Shown here in pieces: positions 32,037 to 39,916 of a stretch of DNA of 64,000 nucleotides. The notes beneath the pieces were generated by a model that was given only the letters and a program-made list of their open reading frames with translations, did no database searches and had not been told where the DNA came from. Within the stretch, counting starts at the first letter, position 1. The number at the start of each line of letters is the position of its first letter. The position numbers and the translations under genes are program-made. The stretch is from an uncultured Clostridia bacterium. GTDB lineage: Bacteria; Bacillota; Clostridia; Oscillospirales; Oscillospiraceae. Location: contig CAMGRL010000007.1 in the NCBI GenBank assembly GCA_946061515.1, positions 137 to 64,136 of the forward strand, in the 5' to 3' direction.

Positions 32037-33542
32037 GTGAGCTATGAGGGCGGAACGGTTGACGGCGAGAGCTACAAAGCCGTGGACCGGAAGAAGCTGA
32101 CGGAGCGGCAGAAGACCCAGGCGGCAGTGGCGGAGGCCATGGCCGAGGCCACGGGGCTGGACTTTGTGCTGTTTGAGGGCGACGCCAGAGGCAAGCAGGG
32201 CATCTATGTGCCGGGCGGAACCATATACCTGAATATCAACGCGGGGGCGGCCATCGGCAAAAATCTGATGGTGCAGGCCATGGCACACGAGCTGACCCAT
32301 TTCATCCAGGAAAACGCTGAGTCGGAATATCAGGAACTGAAAGACTTTGTGGTGGAGCGAATGCTCCGGGCAGGAGACAGAAAGTTCGAAACCCTTGTGC
32401 TCAACAAGCTGAAAGAGTGGAGCGGGCTGAGTTACGGGGAAGCGCTGGACGAGGTGGTGGCCGACGGCTGCGAGATGATGCTTAAAAGCAGCAAAGCAGT
32501 TCAGCAGCTTGCCGGAGAAAACCGGAGTCTGGCAGGGCGGATCTGCCAGTGGATCAAGGACTTTGTGAGCCGGCTGAAAAAGGCTTTCAAGGGCGTGGAG
32601 GCCCGGCACGAGGAGGCCAGGATTCTGATGCGCTATGCTGAGGACATGCAGAAGCTGTGGGACCGGGCTCTGGTTCAAGCCGTACACAACAGGGACACCC
32701 AGGGCAGCAAAAACGCCGCCACGGAGGGCGGCAGCGTGAAGTACAGTATAAGTGAATTTGAAAACGGACAGCGTTTTGTTAATGTAGATGTGGATCAAGA
32801 GATTTTTGGAGGCCTGAGTCCTGAAAAAGCGTTAGAGGCAGCGCGCAATATTATCCGTGAAAGATTCGTGGGAAGAGTAATCGGAAATATTAACCGGGTT
32901 TTTGTAAATGGGCAAACTGCAAACGAGTACGGACACTCCGCCAACAGGAGAACAACTGATGAGCAGAAATTGGCAAAAAGCCGTGTTTCGACGGAGCTGG
33001 ATAACTTACTGGATGTAGGTTTTAATATGCGTACAAGCCCAGATGGAAGAGACGGGCACATTCACAAAGGACTGACAGGGGACTTTATATATCTTGATGC
33101 GATTTTCAAAATTGGAGATCGGTACTATCAGGCCACGATCAACATAGAAAAGAATAAAAGAGGTTATCGTTTAAAAGATGTAACAAAAATAGAAAACATC
33201 ACCGAGCGTATTGTAGCTCTGGCAGGAAATACCCCGCGGACTACATCGCCCAATGATGTTTCTATGAATAGTATACGTCAGGAACAGGAAAAAAGCAACA
33301 CAAAATATTCCCAGTGGGATGAGGGCGTAAGCGACAGGGAACTGCTGCTGGATGCGGCAACGGAAGAGAATGCTTCCGAGGCGGTGCTTGCCTATGCGCG
33401 AAAGTACAAGGCCTATGAGGGTTTGCTGCGCCGGGAGGAGCGACTGAAGGCAAGGCTGGAAGCGGCCAGAGCAGCGGAGCAGGGTCGGACGGGTTCAGAC
33501 GGGCCGTCGGGGACGCCGGCCCCTACAAGAGCCTCAGAATGA
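32037..33542 (+). pseudogene. Fragment or stand-alone derivative of a large polyvalent (conjugative-element/phage type) protein: zincin-like HExxH module plus a C-terminal PBECR-like beta-rich module
   Basis: 501 codons with a nominal GTG start and no SD. The frame is open back to 31821. Contains MAHELTHFIQ, and DGHIHKG...YYQATINIEKNKRGYRLKDVTKIEN. GC falls from ~77% (32101-32160) to ~37-42% (32761-33180). Both termini are encoded by REP-like DNA. Confidence 0.5.
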
Positions 33543-33782
33543 CACATTATCAATCAACTTCAGTTTTTCTTCTCTGGTAAGCCGTTTGATGTGCCATTCC
33601 CGGCTCATGGCGGCCTCTTTGCTCTCCCATTCCTCAAAATACACCAGCTCTGCCGGAAGTCTCGTCCGGGTATATTTTGAGGCGGAGCCGCTGTTGTGGG
33701 CTTTCAGCCGCTTTTCCAGGTCGTTGGTCCAGCCGGTGTACAGGCTGCCGTCCCGGCAGCGGAGCATATAGACATAGTTCAT
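33534..33782 (-). CDS. GIY-YIG nuclease family protein (UPF0213 type)
   Basis: 82 aa, YVYMLRCRDGSLYTGWTNDLEKRLKAHNSG...EAAMSREWHIKRL. Confidence 0.85.
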   Translation of the reverse strand: MNYVYMLRCRDGSLYTGWTNDLEKRLKAHNSGSASKYTRTRLPAELVYFEEWESKEAAMSREWHIKRLTREEKLKLIDNVSF

Positions 33783-33955
33783 CGCTGCACTTGCCGCACA
33801 TTCTTTTCAAATTTCGACCGGGGGCCCATGACCTCGTGACCGCAGCCGCAGCAGCGCAGCTTGAAGTCCGCCCCGATGCGCAGCACCTGCCACTGCTTGC
33901 TGCCGCAGGGGTGGGCTTTTTTCATGGTGAGGACGTCTCCAACCTGAATGTCCAT
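33779..33955 (-). CDS. DUF951 family small protein (58 aa, below the ORF-track length cut-off)
   Basis: Hand translation gives MDIQVGDVLTMKKAHPCGSKQWQVLRIGADFKLRCCGCGHEVMGPRSKFEKNVRQVQR. Its ATG directly follows the rarA stop. Its TGA overlaps the GIY-YIG ATG (ATGA). Confidence 0.75.
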   Translation of the reverse strand: MDIQVGDVLTMKKAHPCGSKQWQVLRIGADFKLRCCGCGHEVMGPRSKFEKNVRQVQR

Positions 33956-35206
33956 TTACTTTTTCACCTCGTCCCAGTAGCGCTTGGCGGCCTGTTCGGT
34001 CTTGTTGTCGCCGTACTCGTAGTATTTCGCGTTTTTGATCTCGTCGGGCAGATACTGCTGCTTTACCCAGTGACCGTTGAAATTATGGGGATATTTGTAG
34101 CCCTGCTCCCGCTCAAAGCCGGTGCCGTCGGCGTGGACGTTCTGCAGCTCTCTGGGGATGCTGCCGGTGCGGCCGGCGCGCACGTCGGCAAGGGCCCGGT
34201 CGATGGCCATGCAGGCGGAGTTGGATTTGGGCGCGGTGGCCAGCAGCAGGCAGGCCTCCGCCAGGGGGAGCCTGGCCTCCGGCAGACCCAGCTGCAAGGC
34301 GGAGTCCACACAGGCTTTCACAATGGGAACCGCCTGGGGATAGGCAAGACCGATGTCCTCGCTGGCGGAGCAGAGGATGCGGCGGCAGGCGCCCACAAGA
34401 TCCCCCGCCTCCAGCAGCCTTGCCAGGTAGTGCATGGCTGCGTCCGGGTCAGAACCCCGAAGGGATTTCATCAAAGCGGAAAGAATGTCAAAATGGTCGT
34501 CCCCGTCCCGGTCATAGCGCATGGCGCTGCGCTGGGAGATGGCCTTGGCATCGGCAAGACTGATGCTGTCCTTGTCTCCCGCGGCGGAAAAAAGCAGCTC
34601 CACGGAGTTCATGGCCTTTCGCACATCCCCGCCGCAGGAGGCGGCGATGTGCCGCAGCACCCCGGGCTCAAGGCTGAGAGGGCTTTCCCGCCGAGAATTC
34701 ATAATGTCGATGGCCCGCTGCACCGCGCTCTCCGCCTCTTTCGCCGTGACAGGCTTGAACTCAAACACCGTGGAGCGGCTGAGAATGGCGTTGAACACGC
34801 AGAAATAGGGGTTTTCCGTGGTGGAGGCGATGAGGGTGATCCGCCCGTCCTCTATAAATTCCAGCAGGGACTGCTGCTGTTTTTTGTTGAAATACTGGAT
34901 CTCGTCCAGATAGAGCAACACGCCGCCGGGGGTCAGCATGGTGTCAAGCTCGGCGATGATCTGCTTGATGTCGGCAATGCCGGCGGTGGTGGCGTTGAGC
35001 TTTCGCAAGGTGCGGTTGGTACGCTCGGCGATAATGCGGGCTACGGTGGTCTTGCCGGTGCCGGAGGGGCCGTAGAAGATCATGTTGGGGATCTGCCCGC
35101 TCTCCACAATGCGGCGCAGCATCCCGTCCCGGCCCAGAATATGGCGCTGGCCCACCACATCGTCCAGGGATTTGGGTCTTATCTCGTCTGCTAACGGCTT
35201 GTACAT
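33956..35206 (-). CDS. rarA: Replication-associated recombination protein A (AAA+ ATPase RarA/MgsA)
   Basis: MYKPLADEIRPKSLDDVVGQRHILG, Walker A GPSGTGKTT and Walker B LYLDEIQYFNK. The start at 35206 follows GGAGGG. Confidence 0.92.
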   Translation of the reverse strand: MYKPLADEIRPKSLDDVVGQRHILGRDGMLRRIVESGQIPNMIFYGPSGTGKTTVARIIAERTNRTLRKLNATTAGIADIKQIIAELDTMLTPGGVLLYLDEIQYFNKKQQQSLLEFIEDGRITLIASTTENPYFCVFNAILSRSTVFEFKPVTAKEAESAVQRAIDIMNSRRESPLSLEPGVLRHIAASCGGDVRKAMNSVELLFSAAGDKDSISLADAKAISQRSAMRYDRDGDDHFDILSALMKSLRGSDPDAAMHYLARLLEAGDLVGACRRILCSASEDIGLAYPQAVPIVKACVDSALQLGLPEARLPLAEACLLLATAPKSNSACMAIDRALADVRAGRTGSIPRELQNVHADGTGFEREQGYKYPHNFNGHWVKQQYLPDEIKNAKYYEYGDNKTEQAAKRYWDEVKK

Positions 35207-35269
35207 GGGCCGCCCTCCGTTCAAAATCATAGTTTTATCATTATATCACGGAGGTCTGTAAAAGTAAAA

Positions 35270-35309
35270 TGAAACAGCGGTCATCCAGAACCAGGCTCGG
35301 GATGACCGC
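35270..35309 (-). terminator. Hairpin terminator downstream of the anti-sigma gene
   Basis: gcggtcatcc (35277-35286) pairs with ggatgaccgc (35300-35309). A T-rich tail follows on the minus strand. Confidence 0.55.
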
Positions 35310-35315
35310 ATGTTG

Positions 35316-37031
35316 TTATTTAAATTTTGTAAAATCAATGCTGTCCGCCAGAATCTCCAGATAGTAAGCTTCGCTTGGCCCGCCGGGACCCAGGACGACC
35401 ACATAGGCATTGTCCGTCTCGTAGAGAATGGTGCAATAATCAAAGACTGGGTATTCCTCTTTTCCGGCGTTGATGATATACACCTGCTCGCCGCAGGCCG
35501 TATCGTAGACCCAGCCCTCTGCTTCCGGGTGCAGGCAATAGCGCATCAGGGGGTAAAAGCAGCCCTTGGGGATGTAGTTTACCTCGGTCTTACCGTTTGT
35601 GCATTGGAAGGCGCCGTTTTCATAGGCAATGGCAAAGGGCAGGATTTCATCGCAGGTAAAGAAGTCTTCACAGCCTAAAACCGCATAGATCTCCTCCACG
35701 GTGAGGTCCGGGAAGTCCATATAATCCACGCCATCCGAACACAGGAATCCCCGGTCAGCCGTAATATGATCCAGATATTCCTCCGGGATCTTCCGGCCGC
35801 CCCAGACGGCCTCTGCCTTTCCGGCGGGCTGAAGCGCGTATTCTTCAAGAATGCGGTTATACGCCTCGTCAATGGCGCCGATGCCTGTGGGAAAAGCACC
35901 GTAGTAGAAGAAGTAAGGAAAGCCTTCAACGAATTTGCCTTTATATTCTTCCAGAGAAGAGACATAGTCACAGTAAAACTTCTGAAATTCGCTGCTGGCT
36001 TTGTATTCATCGGTCTCCACCCAGTTTGCCAGCGTCAGCAGCTCCCCTTTGGGCTTGACTGCGGTGGGTTCGGTATTGAGAACAGAAGACAGATCCGGCT
36101 TTGCGTTACAGAGCGTACCGTAGTCAAAAAGCTCCGCGTATTCCTCCACGGCGCGGAAGCTGTCCTCGGCACAGGGAAGTGAACCGAAAATGGTGACCAG
36201 ACAGTCCTTCCCCTCGCAGAAGATAAAACAGTCAAGGGCTCCCCGTTCAATGGAACCGGTGTACACCGCCAGATTGAGAAGCTGCCCCTCATCTGTGGTG
36301 TATTGCCATTCCTGATAATCCTCTGCGCGATACAGGTAATTAAAGCTGGGGTCAAGAACCCCTTTCATGCCTTTGATGAGGCTGAACAAGTAGGAATACT
36401 CGCCAAAGTAAATCGCCCCCTCGGCGGAGAAGGAGCCGTCTTCATAGACCGGTTTCGGGAAAAGAGAGGATTTGACGCTTTCGTCAATAAAAGGCTCCGT
36501 TCCCGTTACCTTGTAGAACATTTCAGGATTCGGCACAATAACCGCCTCTGTATGCAGGGAAATACCGTATTTATCCCGGATCTCCTGCAGTTTGTCCATC
36601 ATTGCCTGATCATAGGCCGCGTAGATGTGATAATAGCTTTCCAGCTCCTCGTTGCCGCCCAGCCAGCTCAGCTCGTCGTAGTTTTCAAATTCATGGCTGC
36701 TCACATATTCATTCCAGAACCGGCACCACTCGGCGTGGGCCTGCCCGGCAGGCGTGTCCGCGTAATCGTTCATGGAGATATACCCGCCCTCGGAGAGGCC
36801 CAAAGGGTCTTCCGCAGGCGTTACACGGGAAGAAAAGCCGAACCAGCCGGTGGCGGCGGCAGTGGCGGCAAAGAGTACGCTGATGGCCGCGGCGATCAGC
36901 AGCACCCGCAGGGTCTTTTTCCGCCCGGTATTTCCTTTTTTGCCTGTGTAGCCAAGCTTCTGCCCGGCTTCCACAATGTGCCGCTCATCAATATCGCTCA
37001 TGGCGGCAATGAGCTCCTCGGAATTCAGCAT
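35316..37031 (-). CDS. Putative anti-sigma factor: short cytoplasmic N-terminus, one TM helix, ~490-aa Cys/aromatic-rich extracytoplasmic domain of unknown family
   Basis: 7-nt overlap with the ECF sigma gene. N-terminus is MLNSEELIAAMSDIDERHIVEA. The TM helix is VLLIAAAISVLFAATAAATGWF. The ectodomain shows an internal duplication. Confidence 0.6.
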   Translation of the reverse strand: MLNSEELIAAMSDIDERHIVEAGQKLGYTGKKGNTGRKKTLRVLLIAAAISVLFAATAAATGWFGFSSRVTPAEDPLGLSEGGYISMNDYADTPAGQAHAEWCRFWNEYVSSHEFENYDELSWLGGNEELESYYHIYAAYDQAMMDKLQEIRDKYGISLHTEAVIVPNPEMFYKVTGTEPFIDESVKSSLFPKPVYEDGSFSAEGAIYFGEYSYLFSLIKGMKGVLDPSFNYLYRAEDYQEWQYTTDEGQLLNLAVYTGSIERGALDCFIFCEGKDCLVTIFGSLPCAEDSFRAVEEYAELFDYGTLCNAKPDLSSVLNTEPTAVKPKGELLTLANWVETDEYKASSEFQKFYCDYVSSLEEYKGKFVEGFPYFFYYGAFPTGIGAIDEAYNRILEEYALQPAGKAEAVWGGRKIPEEYLDHITADRGFLCSDGVDYMDFPDLTVEEIYAVLGCEDFFTCDEILPFAIAYENGAFQCTNGKTEVNYIPKGCFYPLMRYCLHPEAEGWVYDTACGEQVYIINAGKEEYPVFDYCTILYETDNAYVVVLGPGGPSEAYYLEILADSIDFTKFK

Positions 37032-37582
37032 AAGCCCTCCTGTTGTAAAAATTTTTGCAGCTTGTTCCGGCAGCGATAGAGCATACTGGCCGTCTTGTTC
37101 CGGGAAAAGCCGAACTTTTCCGCGATCTCGTCCACCGGGGCCAGATACCAGTACCGGCTGACAAAAACCTGCCGCTCCGGTTCTGGCAGACCGTCAATAA
37201 ACGCGCCCACGGCCGCTGCCAGTTCCCGGCGCTCCGCTTCCCGCTCCACGTCAGCCGGGGAGGGGATGCACTCGTCCAGTTCCTCCAGGGCCAAAGCCAG
37301 CTCTCCGCCGCCCCGCTTCTGCCGGGCCCGGCCCCGCATCCGGGACAGGGCGTGGTTCCGGGTGATCTTCCCCAAAAAGGGGGCCAGCCGCTCCGGCCGC
37401 TTGTCCGGCATGGCGTTCCAGGCGCTCATGTAGGTGTCGTTCACACACTCCTCCGCGTCCTCGGCGCTGGAGAGGATGTTGTAGGCCACGGTGCGGCAGT
37501 AGGCGCCGTATTTTGCCGCGGTCTCCGATATGGCGGTGCTTTGCCGCTGCCAGTAAAGCTCCACGATCTGGGAATCTTCCAT
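37025..37582 (-). CDS. ECF-type RNA polymerase sigma-70 family factor
   Basis: Region 2 is YCRTVAYNILSSAEDAEECVNDTYMSAW. Region 4 is PEPERQVFVSRYWYLAPVDEIAEKFGFSRNKTASMLYRCRNKL. The start MEDSQIVELY at 37582 follows AGGAAGGAGGAAA. Confidence 0.87.
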   Translation of the reverse strand: MEDSQIVELYWQRQSTAISETAAKYGAYCRTVAYNILSSAEDAEECVNDTYMSAWNAMPDKRPERLAPFLGKITRNHALSRMRGRARQKRGGGELALALEELDECIPSPADVEREAERRELAAAVGAFIDGLPEPERQVFVSRYWYLAPVDEIAEKFGFSRNKTASMLYRCRNKLQKFLQQEGLC

Positions 37583-37675
37583 TGCGTTTCCTCCTTCCTG
37601 AAGGCCTTCACTCATATTAACGCCGTTTTCGGGCGGATATTGCAAAGAAAACAAAAATTTTTGCGTCTATACAGC

Positions 37676-37722
37676 AAAAGACCCCGCAGACAGGGCACAT
37701 AGCCGCTGGCTGCGGGGTCTTT
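37676..37722 (-). terminator. Hairpin terminator downstream of the ZIP transporter gene
   Basis: aaagaccccgcag (37677-37689) pairs with ctgcggggtcttt (37710-37722), followed by TTTTG on the minus strand. Confidence 0.6.
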
Positions 37723-37730
37723 GCCATGGA

Positions 37731-38594
37731 TCAGACGTAAATAAGGAGCAGGCCCACCAAAATACCCACAAGGGCCGCGGTGGCGGGCATTTTGCTGCGC
37801 CACATCAGGATCCCCTCGGGCAGAAGCTCGCCCAGCACCACATACAGCATGGCGCCGGAGGCAAAGCTCAGCGAGAGGGACAGGGCCAGGGGGCTGAGCA
37901 TACCCACCCAGAAGCCCAGCAGCGCGCCGATGACCGTGGGCGCGCCGGTGACGGCGGTGAGCAGCACCGCCTTGGCCCGGCTCATGCCGCCGGAGATCAG
38001 CGGCACGGCTACGGCCATGCCCTCGGGAATATTGTGCAGGCCGATGATCACCGCCATCACCAGGCCGCTGCCCAGGGTGGCGGGGGACACCTCCACGGCG
38101 TCCGCCGCATAGGTCGCGCCGATGACCATGCCCTCCGGCAGGTTGTGCAGGGCGATGGCCGCCGCCATGACCAGCCCGCCGATGAAGAGCTGGTAGGAGC
38201 TGTTCATCTTCCTGTGCTCCTCGTAGTGGTCGGCGTGGATCAGCTCGTCCAGATCGTCGGCCGTATGGGGGTGGTCGGCGTCAATATGGGCCACCTCGTG
38301 GTTTGTGTTTTTGTCGATGATGTAGTTGAGCAGATACACCACGCAGTAGCCCAGCAGAATGCCGGCCATAACGATGAAAACGCTGATGGGCGCATCGGCG
38401 TTCTCCGGCAGGATCGCGCTGCTGATCAGGTCAAAGCAGACCACCGCCATCATTACGCCCCCGGCGAAGGACAACAGAAGGCTGACGATCCGGCTGCTGT
38501 CTTTTTTGAACAGCGCGCCGATCAAGCCGCCCAGTCCTGTTCCGCCCACACCGGCGATCGCCGTGATCAGAACCACTTGCCATATCATTGCCAT
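37731..38594 (-). CDS. ZIP family metal (zinc) transporter
   Basis: 287 aa with a His-rich loop (HEVAHIDADHPHTADD) and duplicated HNLPEGM/HNIPEGM motifs. Confidence 0.88.
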   Translation of the reverse strand: MAMIWQVVLITAIAGVGGTGLGGLIGALFKKDSSRIVSLLLSFAGGVMMAVVCFDLISSAILPENADAPISVFIVMAGILLGYCVVYLLNYIIDKNTNHEVAHIDADHPHTADDLDELIHADHYEEHRKMNSSYQLFIGGLVMAAAIALHNLPEGMVIGATYAADAVEVSPATLGSGLVMAVIIGLHNIPEGMAVAVPLISGGMSRAKAVLLTAVTGAPTVIGALLGFWVGMLSPLALSLSLSFASGAMLYVVLGELLPEGILMWRSKMPATAALVGILVGLLLIYV

Positions 38595-38653
38595 TTTTCA
38601 TTACCATCCTTTTCTACGGCAGGATAGTATATCCTTCGACATTTGTCAATAGC

Positions 38654-38694
38654 GGAAGAGCGTCCGTGCGGTTTTTTCGCACGGACGCTCTTTG
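38654..38694. terminator. Strong hairpin downstream of the acidic zinc-ribbon gene
   Basis: aagagcgtccgtgcg (38656-38670) pairs with cgcacggacgctctt (38678-38692). The loop is T-rich. Confidence 0.65.
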
Positions 38695-38708
38695 TCAACC
38701 TAATTTTG

Positions 38709-39182
38709 TCACTCGTCCTCGCTGTCCAGGTCGAACTCCAGCGTCTCGCCGCAGCCGGGGCAGGTGGTGGAGCCTTCGGCCAGGGTGTCCTCGTCAAAGG
38801 CGATCTCCTCGCCGCATACGGGGCAGGTGACCTCGTACATCACGCCGTCATAGCTCAGCTCTTCGTCGTCCTCGTCCTCATCCTCTGCGCCGCAGTCCAG
38901 CAGGCAGGAAGAGCAGTCTCCGCTGCAGCCTTCCTCGTCCATCATGTCCTCGGGCATGTCCAGATCGCAGGTGAGCTCTTCAAGATAAGTCAGATCCTCG
39001 CTGATGTCGTCCAGCGCCTCGGCAAAGTCCAGGTTGCTGGCCTGAAGGTCTTCTATCTCGTGGGCCATGTCGGACAGAAGCTCGTTCAGCGCGCCCCACA
39101 GCTTGCCCTCCTTGGAGTCGGGGCTGATGCCCAGTCCCTCGGTCAGTCCTTTCAGGTATGCTGCCTTTTCAACAATCGTCAT
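38709..39182 (-). CDS. Highly acidic protein with a C-terminal CxxC...CxxC zinc ribbon (resembles CD1247 N-terminal-domain proteins of Clostridia)
   Basis: 157 aa, starting MTIVEKAAYLKGLTEGLG, with Asp/Glu runs and VTCPVCGEEIAFDEDTLAEGSTTCPGCGETLEF. RBS is AAAGGAGG. Confidence 0.55.
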   Translation of the reverse strand: MTIVEKAAYLKGLTEGLGISPDSKEGKLWGALNELLSDMAHEIEDLQASNLDFAEALDDISEDLTYLEELTCDLDMPEDMMDEEGCSGDCSSCLLDCGAEDEDEDDEELSYDGVMYEVTCPVCGEEIAFDEDTLAEGSTTCPGCGETLEFDLDSEDE

Positions 39183-39254
39183 AAGAAAACCTCCTTTGTG
39201 ATGATGAAGAGAAAACAGGGGGAGACGCAGTACATCTCCCCCAATGTTTCGAAA

Positions 39255-39812
39255 TTATGCTCTGCTCAGATACTCGCCGGTGCGGGTGTCGATCTTGACC
39301 TTCTCGCCGGGCTCGATGAACAGGGGGACCTTGATCTCAGCGCCGGTCTCCAGGGTGGCGGGCTTGGTGGCGTTGGTGGCGGTGTTGCCGGCAAAGCCGG
39401 GGTCGGTCTGGGTCACTTCCAGCTCCACGAAGAAGGGAGGCTCCACGTTGAATACCTTGCCCTTGTAGGAGTAGATGGTGCACTCCATGTTCTCCTTGAC
39501 GAACTTGAAGTTGTCGCCCAGGACGGCCTCGTCCACGGGCTCCAGCTCATAGGTTTCGGGGTTCATGAAATAGTACAGGTTGCCGTCGTTGTAGCTGTAC
39601 TCCATGGTGATGCGGTCTACGGTGGCATTCTCAAATTTTGCGGTGGGGTTGAAAGAAGTTTCTGTGACTGCGCCGGTGATGACGTTCTTCATCTTGGTAC
39701 GGACGAAAGCCGCGCCCTTGCCGGGCTTGACATGCTGGAACTCGATGACCTGCATGACCTGGCCGTCCATCTCAAAAGTGACGCCGTTTCTGAAATCGCC
39801 TGCTGTAATCAT
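39255..39812 (-). CDS. efp: Elongation factor P
   Basis: 185 aa, [44 protein letters not shown]. Confidence 0.96.
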   Translation of the reverse strand: MITAGDFRNGVTFEMDGQVMQVIEFQHVKPGKGAAFVRTKMKNVITGAVTETSFNPTAKFENATVDRITMEYSYNDGNLYYFMNPETYELEPVDEAVLGDNFKFVKENMECTIYSYKGKVFNVEPPFFVELEVTQTDPGFAGNTATNATKPATLETGAEIKVPLFIEPGEKVKIDTRTGEYLSRA

Positions 39813-39916
39813 AAATGGGACCTCCCGAAAATAAATTATTAAATAATAGTATTAACTTAGACATTCTACAGTATAACCGCGTTTTTTGCAAGACCCTTTT
39901 CGGAAAAACGGGGATT

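Noticed and set aside
31818-32037. Possible stop-codon read-through or fusion of the aldolase-family gene into the downstream 1.7-kb open frame, which is in the same reading frame and separated by a single TAA
   Set aside because: The same frame has a one-in-three chance expectation, and 216 nt without stops is unremarkable at this GC content. The intervening DNA is REP-like hairpin sequence, more likely a terminator or repeat than coding. There is no recoding signal.
31926-32798. 290-aa minus-strand ORF overlapping the REP-like region and the polyvalent-protein fragment
   Set aside because: Its composition is His/Leu/Gln-rich antisense-type and it starts in REP-like DNA. The opposite strand has the HExxH-containing frame.
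33677-35194. 505-aa plus-strand ORF
   Set aside because: It is an antisense shadow of rarA, DUF951 and part of the GIY-YIG gene.
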